Assembly: GCA_014584295.1 (NCBI GenBank) | Contig: JACTNC010000058.1 | Location: 148,669 to 212,668 of the forward strand | Reading direction: 5' to 3' | DNA from: Verrucomicrobiota bacterium | GTDB lineage: Bacteria; Verrucomicrobiota; Verrucomicrobiia; Opitutales; Opitutaceae | DNA length: 64,000 nucleotides | In this document: piece after piece, positions 54,449-63,802 of the stretch | How positions within the stretch are numbered: the first letter of the stretch is position 1 | How the letters are laid out: each line of letters opens with the position of its first letter | Notes under the pieces: model-generated | What the model saw: only the letters and a program-made list of their open reading frames with translations | The model's database searches: none | What the model was told of the DNA's origin: nothing | Position numbers and translations under genes: made by a program

Positions 54449-56453
54449 ATCCCCTCTCCCCATCCTCGCGGACGCTCCATCTGCCGGACCCGCACTACCG
54501 GTGCGAAATCCCATGCCTTCGCCCTGGGCCTCAGAGTCACCACGCACGACTCCGCGCGGTCCACTGACGTGCGCGCAGTTTGTGATTGATGCTCAGGATC
54601 GAATCAAGGCCCGGCGAATCTCGCAGGAGGACTCCCATTTTGCCCGAGCATGCGAGGGAGCCTCCCTTCGCCAGTTGCTCGCTGAACTCTCCCCGTCTTG
54701 GGACCGCATTCTGCCGGCCTCACTCTTCGAGGCGGAGCATTCACTCTTTCTACCCGAACTGACACCCGGCATGCCCGGCGTGGGACTCGGTTTGCACCGT
54801 CTCCGTTTTGGCGAAGTCATGACCGTGACGCTCGCACCGGAGCTCGCACCGCCCGTCGAACTGAAAAAACTCGGCCTGGCAGACCTGTCCGCAGACCCCG
54901 CATCGTTTGCGCGACTCTTCCTCCGCCTGCGGACAATCGAGGCCAGGCTCGATCAAACGCTCACTCTCCTGCCAGGAGTCGTCTTTCATCAACGCTCGGA
55001 CTTCTCGTTTGCAAGCATCGGGCCTGGTTTTGAGGCCCTTCTTGGAATTTCACCCCAGCCACTCACGAAGAACGGGCAGCCGTTTCTTCGACTCATTCAC
55101 GAAGCCGACGAGCGCGCCTTCCACGCCGAACTTGAGCGAAACCGGATGAACGACCGTCCGTGTTCCCAGGTCTACCGGATCCTGAATCCCCAGTCGGGCG
55201 CCTATCTCTACCTCCTCGACATCCGCACGGCGGTGCGCACTTCCGGCGGACTCGTTCTCGGATACGAAGGCATCTGGCTCGACATCACACGGCAAAAGAT
55301 CGCCGAGCACCGACTCAGCAGCCGGGCATGGCGGGAATCGCTTTCGACGCTCACATCCGGCCTGCTTCAGGACTTCAGCAATGTGATGACCGGCATCTAT
55401 TCGCTGAGTGAACTGTACCACAATACGCTCCCGAACCGGCATCCGCTTCGGGATGGCCTGGGCCTGATCAAGGACAACGCCGGCCAGGCTCAGCGCCTCC
55501 TCCGGAAGATCCTCGATCTGAATCGAGAGGCTTCCGGCGAAAAGACGTACCTCAATCTCGGCCGCATCGTGCGCGAGCAGCTTGACCTGCTGAAGATCAT
55601 CCTGCCCCGCGGCACCCAACTTGCCGGTCCGCTCGAGGACGGGGAGTGGCCTGTGTTCATCGACGAGACGGCGTTCAGGCAGACGCTGGTGAATCTAGCT
55701 ATGAATGCCCGGGACGCACTGCGCGGTCCGGGTGAGATCCGGCTATCGCTCAATCCGGTGGTCGCCGGGCAGATCCCCGCGCCCGGCTCAAGACCGCCTT
55801 TGCCGCCGCAGCGTGCAACATCCGTGGAGCTGATCTTCTCAGACAATGGCACAGGCATCACGCCCGCCCACCTCGATCGCATCTTCGATCCTTTCTTCAC
55901 GACCAAGGATGCCTCACGCGGTGCCGGGCTCGGGCTCTATCACGCCCGTCTTTTTGCAGAGTCCTGCGGAGGTGCCATCGCGGCACGAAGCACGCCTGGA
56001 CGCGGCACCGAAATTGTCCTCGTTCTCCCGCTCGTCGATCTCGACCACTCCCAGCCGCCCATTCCCGGCGAGGCCGCAATACCGCGCACGATTCGCGGAT
56101 TGTACCTCGAACGTGACATGACCGATGAAGGCCCCATCGTGGAATCCCTGCGCTCACGCGAATGGTCCGTCCGCACGATCGCAACGTTTGAACATGCACG
56201 GCGCTACCTGCGCGAGGAGGGCTCACGCCTCGATTTTGTTTTTGTGCGTCAGGACGAACCGGATACGTCGCTGCGCGTATTCCTGGCGGAACTTCGGCGT
56301 GATCATCCCGGTCTCCGTCTGGCGTTGAACATCGCAAATTCCTCTGATGAACAGGCGGGGGCGCTGCGCGCGCAGGTTGACCTCTTCCTCCCGACCGGCA
56401 TCACTGAGTCCGATGCAGTCGACGCCCTCGCGAAGCTGCTTCGCCTTCCATGA
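54435..56453 (+). CDS. soluble PAS-containing histidine-kinase-like protein with Gln at the H-box and a degenerate receiver-like C-terminus
   Basis: PAS-like region, then a DHp helix LSTLTSGLLQDFSNVMTGI (canonical ..GGvAHDFNNLLtvI). N box LVNLAMNARDAL, G1 SDNGTGI, F FDPFFTTK, G2 GAGLGL. C-terminal REC-like fold with LDFVFVRQDEPD. Overlaps the cheB stop by 14 nt. Confidence 0.8.
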   Translation: MPLVESPLPILADAPSAGPALPVRNPMPSPWASESPRTTPRGPLTCAQFVIDAQDRIKARRISQEDSHFARACEGASLRQLLAELSPSWDRILPASLFEAEHSLFLPELTPGMPGVGLGLHRLRFGEVMTVTLAPELAPPVELKKLGLADLSADPASFARLFLRLRTIEARLDQTLTLLPGVVFHQRSDFSFASIGPGFEALLGISPQPLTKNGQPFLRLIHEADERAFHAELERNRMNDRPCSQVYRILNPQSGAYLYLLDIRTAVRTSGGLVLGYEGIWLDITRQKIAEHRLSSRAWRESLSTLTSGLLQDFSNVMTGIYSLSELYHNTLPNRHPLRDGLGLIKDNAGQAQRLLRKILDLNREASGEKTYLNLGRIVREQLDLLKIILPRGTQLAGPLEDGEWPVFIDETAFRQTLVNLAMNARDALRGPGEIRLSLNPVVAGQIPAPGSRPPLPPQRATSVELIFSDNGTGITPAHLDRIFDPFFTTKDASRGAGLGLYHARLFAESCGGAIAARSTPGRGTEIVLVLPLVDLDHSQPPIPGEAAIPRTIRGLYLERDMTDEGPIVESLRSREWSVRTIATFEHARRYLREEGSRLDFVFVRQDEPDTSLRVFLAELRRDHPGLRLALNIANSSDEQAGALRAQVDLFLPTGITESDAVDALAKLLRLP

Positions 56454-57724
56454 CGCCAGGATCCATACCGCCTGCCACCAACTCCATTCTCATCGTCGAC
56501 GATGAGCCGGTCGTGCTCGCCGCGCTAAGGGACACCCTCGAGCGCGAAAAGCACCATGTTGTCGCATGCGACAATCCGCTCAAGGCCTTGGAGGTTCTCC
56601 GCACGCGGCAATTTGCGGTCATTATTTCCGATCAACGCATGCCAGAGATGATGGGGCTGGATTTCCTGATCGAGTCGAAAAAGTTCAATCCGCTCGCCTC
56701 GCGCATCCTCATCACGGCCGTCCTTCTGCTGCCGACGATCATCGACGCCATCAACAAGGGCGAAATCTTTCGGTTTGTTGCGAAACCCTGGCTCCGTGAG
56801 GAACTGTCGGCAACCGTCAAGAATGCCATTTCGCGCTACCAGCTTGTCACCGAGAACGAACGGCTGAACACGGAGACCCGTCGCCTCAACGAACAGCTCA
56901 TCATCGCCAACGCCGCCCTTTCAAGCCAGGTACGAAATCTTGAGGAGCAGAAGGCCGCCCTGGCTGTCGCCAATCGCGGACTCTCCACAAGCTACGATCG
57001 CTCGCTCGAACTTTGCAGCCGAATCCTCAGCACCTACGATCCGTACCTCGCCGGGCGAACCAAGGCGATGGTCGAGATCGCGCAGAAGATGGCCGACACC
57101 GACCATTTCAACGAGAAGGAAAAGCATGTGCTGAAGGCAAGTGCGTGGCTGTGCGACCTCGGACTGATCGGCATCCCAAGGGACATGCTCCGCCTGTACC
57201 GCTCCCAGCCGGAAAAATTGAGCGACGCCGACAAGCTCACCATCAACAGCCATCCGGTTTACAGCCAGACGCTGGCATCCTACGTCGACAGCCAGCCGGA
57301 GGTCGGCGAGACGATTCGCGCCCATCATGAGCGTTTCGACGGCGGCGGGTATCCCGACCGCCTCTCGCGAGAATCCATTCCGTGGGCAGCGCGCTGCCTT
57401 GCTGTCGCCGTCTGGTTTGTCGAAACCGGCCTCCCCAAGGACCAGGCGATCGAAGCCGTGCTCGCAGAATCAGGAACCGCCTTGGATCCCGAGGCCGTGA
57501 GGTTGTTTCTGAAGGTCAGCCATCTGCTGCAACTGCCCCGCAAAGTCAGCGAAATCATGCTCGATGAACTGCAGCCCGGCATGGTCCTTGCCAATGGGCT
57601 GTACAGCCCTCACGGCCTGTTGTTGGTGGGTGAGGGACAGACCCTCAACGCTGGCACAATTTCAAAGATCCGAAACCATAACCTGATGACGCCCATAAGC
57701 CAGCGACTCCTGGTCTACAGTTGA
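56450..57724 (+). CDS. response regulator with HD-GYP domain (putative c-di-GMP phosphodiesterase)
   Basis: REC domain ILIVDDEPVV..AVIISDQRMPEMMG, a coiled-coil linker, and HD-GYP motifs ..HHERFDGGGYPDRL. The ATG overlaps the upstream TGA as ATGA (56450-56453). Confidence 0.9.
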   Translation: MTPGSIPPATNSILIVDDEPVVLAALRDTLEREKHHVVACDNPLKALEVLRTRQFAVIISDQRMPEMMGLDFLIESKKFNPLASRILITAVLLLPTIIDAINKGEIFRFVAKPWLREELSATVKNAISRYQLVTENERLNTETRRLNEQLIIANAALSSQVRNLEEQKAALAVANRGLSTSYDRSLELCSRILSTYDPYLAGRTKAMVEIAQKMADTDHFNEKEKHVLKASAWLCDLGLIGIPRDMLRLYRSQPEKLSDADKLTINSHPVYSQTLASYVDSQPEVGETIRAHHERFDGGGYPDRLSRESIPWAARCLAVAVWFVETGLPKDQAIEAVLAESGTALDPEAVRLFLKVSHLLQLPRKVSEIMLDELQPGMVLANGLYSPHGLLLVGEGQTLNAGTISKIRNHNLMTPISQRLLVYS

Positions 57725-57942
57725 TCTCAAAGAAACGGCGTATACGCCACGGATGCGCAAATTGCGCGCATTGCCCAGGCCAATCACCCGTCCCGGGTGC
57801 GGTGTATTCCTTGTGGATTACTCAAGTTTACCCCTAGGGAACCGAAGTTATCGAGATGGACGATTCCGTCCCTAATTTTCTCGTGGCCCCTGCCATTGCC
57901 TCGGGGCGAAATGACCCGAGGTGACGGGAGGGGAAAATATTC

Positions 57943-58464
57943 ATGTCCGGATCCCCCGTCATCCCTGCACTCTTTGCACAACGCGTCGTCATAGGCGTGG
58001 GCGATCTCGCGGTTTCCAATAATCCGCAAGTCACGCTGAGCACTTACGCGCTGGGTTCCTGTGTCGGTGTCATCGCCTATGATCCTGTCGTGAAGGCCGG
58101 CGGCATTCTGCACATCATGCTGCCTGACTCCCTCATCTCCCCCGACAAGGCCGCGAAACAGCCCGCGATGTTCGCCGACACCGGACTGCCAATCTTCTTC
58201 CGTTCGCTATCGGGCATGAAGGTCGAACGCAGCCGGATGAGGGTCTTCCTGGCGGGCGGAGCAAGCGTGCTCAATGGAACCGATCCCTTCAAGATCGGCG
58301 AACGCAATGCTGCTTCCGTCCGGAAGATCCTCGACGTCTATCAGATCGCAATCTGTGGCGAGGACATCGGAGGAAACGTGAATCGTACGGTTCACCTGGA
58401 ACTCGCGTCCGGCTCCCTCATCTTGAAAACGCCGGACCGGACCGAGCAATATTCCCTGGCGTAG
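57943..58464 (+). CDS. cheD: chemoreceptor glutamine deamidase CheD
   Basis: LGSCVGVIAYDPVVKAGGILHIMLP is the CheD catalytic Cys/His region. 173 aa. GGGAGGGG lies 8 nt upstream of the ATG. Confidence 0.85.
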   Translation: MSGSPVIPALFAQRVVIGVGDLAVSNNPQVTLSTYALGSCVGVIAYDPVVKAGGILHIMLPDSLISPDKAAKQPAMFADTGLPIFFRSLSGMKVERSRMRVFLAGGASVLNGTDPFKIGERNAASVRKILDVYQIAICGEDIGGNVNRTVHLELASGSLILKTPDRTEQYSLA

Positions 58465-58473
58465 GAAACAGCC

Positions 58474-60528
58474 ATGCCCGCCTCCGCATACATCCTCGTT
58501 TCACTGATCGTGATCGCTCTCTTGGCCGGTGCAGGCATGTGGCTGCGCGCGGCCCTCGCGCGACACTCCACGGCTGTTCGAAAAGCCGCCCTGCTTTCAA
58601 GTCAGCTCCAGTTCCAGAACTACCTCGACGATCTTCCCTGCGAATGCTGGGCAATCGACGAATCCGGCCGCTTCTGCCTCTTCAACCGGCTCGCAAGGAC
58701 CCGGCGCGGTGACGGATGCCTCGGAAAGACACCCGCGGAATGTGAGCATCTGCGTACCCCTGAAACGCATCCAATCTGGGAAACAGCAATTCATCGTGCC
58801 TTCGCCGGCGAACGTGTCACCTACCGATATGTCGCCCCGGAGACAGCCGGAACGCGCCACTACGAAGCAGTGATCACGCCAATGCGCTCCGGCGAGAAGA
58901 TCATCGGTGTCATCGGCCACCATGTCGACATCACCGCCGAAGTCGCTGCTGAAACCGCCCGATGCGCGGCGGAAAAAAATCTTGCCGTGCTGACTTCACA
59001 GTCACCGTCAGGATTCATCGACTGGGATGGGGATTTCCGAATACGCTCATGGAATCCGGCCGCCGAGGCGATCTTCGGCATTTCTGCTTCGGAAGCGATC
59101 GGTCAAAATGGCATCGATCTGCTGTTTCCTGTCAACGAACGCACCGCAGTGGAGGCTGCATGGCGCGAGGCTCAGCTCGACAGAAGCGCCCACCGCATAC
59201 ATCACACGCACAACCGGCGCGACGGCAGCCGCAGGATGTGCGAATGGGTCCACACCGCATCAGTCGATTCCAAGGGAGCGCTCACGGGCATGACCTCCTT
59301 CGTCGAGGATATCACGGTACGCGGCGATCTCGAGGCCCAGTTGAGAAACATCCAGCGACTCGATTCGATGGGACAGCTTGCCTGCGGTCTCGCCCAGGAG
59401 TTGAATCATCTTTTCACACCAGCGATCATCCATCTCGATCTTCTTGAAAACGCCCATCGCGAATTCCCCGGGCTCAGGGATCAGGTCAAGCCTGTGAGGG
59501 AAGCGGTCACGCAGGCCATCGCTCTCGGTCAGCGAATCCTCGCGCTGGGTCGCAACAGCGAATCCGAACCCACGGTCTGGCAGCCGCTCAACCCGCATGT
59601 GCGGGACACGGTCGAACTTCTTCGTCGCACGCTGGATTCCCGCCTTCGAGTCATCGTCCTGCTCTCTCCCGATCTCCCTCCGCTGCCCTTGCAGCCGGCC
59701 CTGATCACCCAGATCGTGATCAACCTGCTTTGCAATGCCCGCGACGCCTTGCTCGAAAGGCTCGGCCAGACTCCCTCTCGCGACTGGAAGCCCATCATAC
59801 GCGTCAGCACCTCGACCCTCATGGCGACGGATCGGAGCGCCATGTGTGGGCAATCGCAGGGACTGCCCCGCCTCTGTCAGTGTATTGAGATCAGCGATAC
59901 AGGCTCAGGCATGTCCGAGGAGGTACAGCAGCGGATCTTTGAACCCTTCTTCACCACAAAGGCACCTGGCCGCGGCACCGGTCTCGGACTGCCGATCACC
60001 CGCAAGGGTGTACAGGCTCTGGGAGGCTGGATCGAGTTTGAAAGCACGCCCGGTGAAGGCACGACATTCCGCGTGTATCTCCCGAGCCCCAGGCCCATGG
60101 CCGCACCCCAGTTGAATTCACCCGCACCTGCAACGGAGTCCGCGGGCCCAGGTCGACATATTCTGCTCGCCGAAGACGACGAGATGGTGGCAAGCGCATT
60201 GACGATCGGACTCCAACGCTCAGGGCATCGTGTGACCGCTGCGGCCGACGGCGCCGCCGCTCTCGCATTGATTCGCCTCGAACCCACCGGATACGACCTC
60301 GTCGTCACGGACCTGAACATGCCCAACCTCGGCGGCCGCGATCTGCTTGCCGCCCTTGCACGTGACGGCATAGCCGTGCCTGTCGTGGTGCTCAGCGGCT
60401 ACATCACCACCGCCATTCTCGAAGAACTCCGAAGCCTCGGTGCGGCCGAAGTCCTGCGCAAACCGATACGTGTCTGCGAACTTCTCACCGCCATCCGGCG
60501 CAACAGCACGCCTCTGGCCACGACGTGA
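58474..60528 (+). CDS. membrane-anchored PAS/PAS hybrid histidine-kinase-like protein with Gln at the H-box and a canonical C-terminal receiver
   Basis: N-terminal TM ILVSLIVIALLAGAGMWL and two PAS-like segments. DHp helix MGQLACGLAQELNHLFTPA. N box VINLLCNARDAL, G1 ISDTGSGM, F FEPFFTTK, G2 GTGLGL. REC domain ILLAEDDE..DLVVTDLNMPNLGG. Confidence 0.85.
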   Translation: MPASAYILVSLIVIALLAGAGMWLRAALARHSTAVRKAALLSSQLQFQNYLDDLPCECWAIDESGRFCLFNRLARTRRGDGCLGKTPAECEHLRTPETHPIWETAIHRAFAGERVTYRYVAPETAGTRHYEAVITPMRSGEKIIGVIGHHVDITAEVAAETARCAAEKNLAVLTSQSPSGFIDWDGDFRIRSWNPAAEAIFGISASEAIGQNGIDLLFPVNERTAVEAAWREAQLDRSAHRIHHTHNRRDGSRRMCEWVHTASVDSKGALTGMTSFVEDITVRGDLEAQLRNIQRLDSMGQLACGLAQELNHLFTPAIIHLDLLENAHREFPGLRDQVKPVREAVTQAIALGQRILALGRNSESEPTVWQPLNPHVRDTVELLRRTLDSRLRVIVLLSPDLPPLPLQPALITQIVINLLCNARDALLERLGQTPSRDWKPIIRVSTSTLMATDRSAMCGQSQGLPRLCQCIEISDTGSGMSEEVQQRIFEPFFTTKAPGRGTGLGLPITRKGVQALGGWIEFESTPGEGTTFRVYLPSPRPMAAPQLNSPAPATESAGPGRHILLAEDDEMVASALTIGLQRSGHRVTAAADGAAALALIRLEPTGYDLVVTDLNMPNLGGRDLLAALARDGIAVPVVVLSGYITTAILEELRSLGAAEVLRKPIRVCELLTAIRRNSTPLATT

Positions 60529-60682
60529 ACCGGACCTGCCAAAGGTGAATCGCTCCCTGAGGCTTGCCGTCTGGCGCGATGCCGACGTGTGCAACCTCTT
60601 GCGCCAGCGTTCGGGTGCGAACCATGGAATTGTGAGCGCCTGTCCGCAAGCATGAGGCATCGACCCTACGGCACCGGCATGC

Positions 60683-60717
60683 AAAAAAACCGGCCGGATG
60701 CGGACACCCGGCCGGTT
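60683..60717 (-). terminator. rho-independent terminator downstream of the cheA-HDOD unit
   Basis: 10-bp stem AACCGGCCGG/CCGGCCGGTT with a 10-nt loop. On the minus strand it is followed by T7 (A7 on the plus strand at 60683-60689). Lies about 130 nt after the HDOD stop. Confidence 0.7.
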
Positions 60718-60845
60718 AGCCACACAAACACACACTATGAAACAACCTGCAGGGATGATCCGGGTCCTGAACCGGAGTCCCGTGGGTTATCCCTTTGATC
60801 GACCAAAGCCCCCCGTACTTGAGCTGGGCTCTTCCGTTTCGAGCA

Positions 60846-61715
60846 TCAAAACTTGAGCATGCCGTGAAGCAGATTCTCACGGAGCAGCCTGCTTGAGCGT
60901 GCAAGCACATCAGGCAGCGCGGACTCCAGCACGGCTGCGCTGTATCCCCACTCGATCAGCAATCCCGAATGCAGCTCAAACAGGAACCCATCCTCGGCCA
61001 CACCCGCACCCAGTGAGGCCGCGAGGTACTTGGCCGCATGGACATTCACGAGCAGCGGCATCATCTCCGCAGGAGCCGAGTGTGTCGGAGGGTTGAAGGA
61101 GGCCACGGCGACCAGGCATTCCGGGAAGTTCCATTTTCTGAGGAGCGTTGATCCCACCTCGGCGTGGTTGAATCCGAGGATCGCCTTCTCCGAGGCCAGC
61201 CAGACACAGCGGTTCGCCTGCTGATGCGCACGGATCCGCGCGAAGTGATCACTGCACGAATACGCCACTGCCAGTTTGCCCACTTCGTGGACAAGTCCGG
61301 CAGTGTAGGCGGTGCGTGGCTCCACACCGCCGACTTTCTCCGCGAGACACTCCGCGGCGACCGCCGTCACAAGGGCCAAGCGGCAGAAGTCCCCCGCTTC
61401 CCAGCGATAACCATCCGTATCCAGGGTCATCCAACGGCCGGCGAGTGACAGCGCCGCCAGCCTGAAAATCTCCTTCAATCCCAATCGCTGGAGCGCCTCC
61501 TCCAGGCTCTCCACGCGATTGCTGCCCGCTGCAAAGTAGGCTGAATTCGCCAGCCGCAGCGTCGAACTCGCCAGGACGGGATCCAGGCGGATGACCTTCT
61601 CGAGCTCCTCGATGGATACATCCTCCTTTTCGATCACCTCAATGATGCGGGGAAGCAGCACCGGTGAACACGGCAGCCGGAGCGCCTTTTGACAGACTTC
61701 ATCAATGGTGATCAT
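60846..61715 (-). CDS. HDOD-domain signalling protein
   Basis: LPCSPVLLPRIIEVIEKEDVSIEELEKVIRLDPVLASSTLRLANSAYF is the HDOD signature region. Lies 23 nt downstream of cheA. Confidence 0.8.
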   Translation of the reverse strand: MITIDEVCQKALRLPCSPVLLPRIIEVIEKEDVSIEELEKVIRLDPVLASSTLRLANSAYFAAGSNRVESLEEALQRLGLKEIFRLAALSLAGRWMTLDTDGYRWEAGDFCRLALVTAVAAECLAEKVGGVEPRTAYTAGLVHEVGKLAVAYSCSDHFARIRAHQQANRCVWLASEKAILGFNHAEVGSTLLRKWNFPECLVAVASFNPPTHSAPAEMMPLLVNVHAAKYLAASLGAGVAEDGFLFELHSGLLIEWGYSAAVLESALPDVLARSSRLLRENLLHGMLKF

Positions 61716-61738
61716 GGGTATGTATTTGGGAAATTGAC

Positions 61739-63802
61739 TCAGGCAGCAATAAGAGCGTCCGGGTTCAGGATAAGCGCAACCTGTCCATCACCCAGGATTG
61801 CTCCCCCGGTGATTCCAGGCAGACGCGACATGTATCCTCCGAGGTCCTTGATCACCACTTCCTGCTTGCTGACCATTTCATCCACGAGCAACGCCATGAC
61901 CCGGTCCGAAGTTTTCACGAGGAGGAGGATGCCCTTCGTCGGATCCTCAATCGCCCCTGGTATTTGGAAGGTTCGGTGGAGCCGATGCACCGGAAGGATT
62001 CGTCCGCGATTGTCGAGCACCTCACCACGCCCCTGAACGGTCGAGATCACACCGGCATCCGGGCGGACCGCCATCTGCACATTTGCACTGGGAAGAATAA
62101 ACCGATCTGCGCCAACACGGACCACCACTCCGTCGATGATGGCCATGGTCAAGGGAAGCGTGATCCTGAAGGTCGTGCCCATTCCGGGTGAAGTCTCGAT
62201 TCTCACGGAACCGCGCAGGTTGATGATATTGCGACGGACAACGTCCATGCCTACACCGCGGCCCGAAAGCGATGTGACCGCCTCGGTAGTCGAGAACCCC
62301 GATGCAAAGATCAAATTGAGCTTCTCTTCGCGGGACAGCACCGCATTCGACGGGATGATGCCCTTTTCCACCGCCTTCGCAAAGACAACCTCTGGATCAA
62401 TACCCCTGCCGTCGTCGCTGAGATCGATCCGCACGTGTGAACCTTCCTGCGATGCCCTAAGAACAATCATTCCACTCTCCGGCTTGCCCGATGCAACGCG
62501 CTCTTCCGGCGATTCAATCCCATGATCCATGGCATTCCTGATCATGTGCACGAGCGGATCCGCCATATCCTCCACCACCGTCCGGTCGATCTCAATGTCC
62601 GCGCCAATGGCCTGAAACGAACACTTCCTGTTCCCCTGCCTCGTCAGATCCCGCACGAGGCGTCCCATTTTCTGGAACAACGGCCTGATGGGAACCATCC
62701 GAAGCGCCATCGCGTGATTCTGAAGCCCGCGGGTAATGCGGCTGAGCCGGGCAATCGTCTGCTGAAGATCCGGGCACTCTCCGATCATCGCGCGCGACGC
62801 CTCCACCACCTGCGTCTGCGCAATCACCAGTTCCCCCACCGCCTCCATCATTGTATCCAGCTTTTCAGTACTGATACGAATCGTGCGTGATGTGCCTTGA
62901 TCACCGTCGGCGCCGGTCACTTTATCAGCATTCCCCGGACGAGCGACCAAGTCCTTCTGGCACAAAACCGCATCCTCCTGGCGTCGCTCAGCGAGCTGCC
63001 TTACCGATGCGATCAGGTGTTCGACGGGAACAATCTCCTCAGGTGGATCACCCTTTTCGAGCGCGACTCCGACCTGCCTCACCAGGCGCTGCATGGCATC
63101 GCGACAATGGAGGATTGTCGTTATGATTTCCGGCGTAAGCATCAGCGAACCGGCTCTCGCGCTGTCGAGAAGCGACTCAACCTCGTGGGAAAGACCCTGC
63201 AGCGGAGCAAGGTGAAGAAAACCCGAAACACCCTTGAGGGTATGGAACGAACGGAACATCCGGTCGAGCGCCTCGCGGTTCCTCGGTTCCTCATCCAGCT
63301 TCAGCAAAGATGACTCAATCTGATGCAGGTGGTCGAGCGCCTCGGCGTGAAATTCCTCAAGAAGATCGCGATTCTCGGCGAGATCAAGGACGAGCAGGCG
63401 ATCCAAGGTCACGGGCTCTGCTCGGCTTTCTCCACCGAAACTCAGGCTTCCGGACTTCTCCCTGGTGCCGCGGGTCTGGCCGCCTCCCAGCACCGGAACC
63501 TCCGCGCCTGCGCGCACCGCCGCCATCGCACCCGGCAGCCATTCGATCAGGTTTCCCAGCGCGGTGAGCGATACCTCGTCGAACGGCCTCGCGCCATCGA
63601 TCAGGTGGTCCAATGTCGCACGCATCTGCAGAACCTGCTGCGCAACGGAAGGAACGGGACCGAGTACATCCGCGATTTCTGAAAGCAGGCTGTACGACGG
63701 GATCAATCCGTCATCGCGGCCCGGCCGCGCGAGCACGAATTCGCTCGCGAGGCGGTTGACCGCCTCGTCAACGGTTGCGTAGATGGAGGAAGAGAGCGAC
63801 AT
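61739..63802 (-). CDS. cheA: chemotaxis histidine kinase CheA
   Basis: Hpt motif FRSFHTLKGVSGFL, a dimerisation region, HATPase boxes (HMIRNAMDHG; DDGRGID; GRGVGMDVV) and a C-terminal CheW-like domain. Confidence 0.95.
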   Translation of the reverse strand: MSLSSSIYATVDEAVNRLASEFVLARPGRDDGLIPSYSLLSEIADVLGPVPSVAQQVLQMRATLDHLIDGARPFDEVSLTALGNLIEWLPGAMAAVRAGAEVPVLGGGQTRGTREKSGSLSFGGESRAEPVTLDRLLVLDLAENRDLLEEFHAEALDHLHQIESSLLKLDEEPRNREALDRMFRSFHTLKGVSGFLHLAPLQGLSHEVESLLDSARAGSLMLTPEIITTILHCRDAMQRLVRQVGVALEKGDPPEEIVPVEHLIASVRQLAERRQEDAVLCQKDLVARPGNADKVTGADGDQGTSRTIRISTEKLDTMMEAVGELVIAQTQVVEASRAMIGECPDLQQTIARLSRITRGLQNHAMALRMVPIRPLFQKMGRLVRDLTRQGNRKCSFQAIGADIEIDRTVVEDMADPLVHMIRNAMDHGIESPEERVASGKPESGMIVLRASQEGSHVRIDLSDDGRGIDPEVVFAKAVEKGIIPSNAVLSREEKLNLIFASGFSTTEAVTSLSGRGVGMDVVRRNIINLRGSVRIETSPGMGTTFRITLPLTMAIIDGVVVRVGADRFILPSANVQMAVRPDAGVISTVQGRGEVLDNRGRILPVHRLHRTFQIPGAIEDPTKGILLLVKTSDRVMALLVDEMVSKQEVVIKDLGGYMSRLPGITGGAILGDGQVALILNPDALIAA

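Noticed and set aside
57884-57899. sigma54-like TGGCCCCTGCCATTGC upstream of cheD.
   Set aside because: The GG-to-GC spacing is 11 nt, not 10. There is no CGGCA-N5-TGCCG element upstream, and the distance to the ATG (about 45 nt) differs from the consistent 16-19 nt seen elsewhere.
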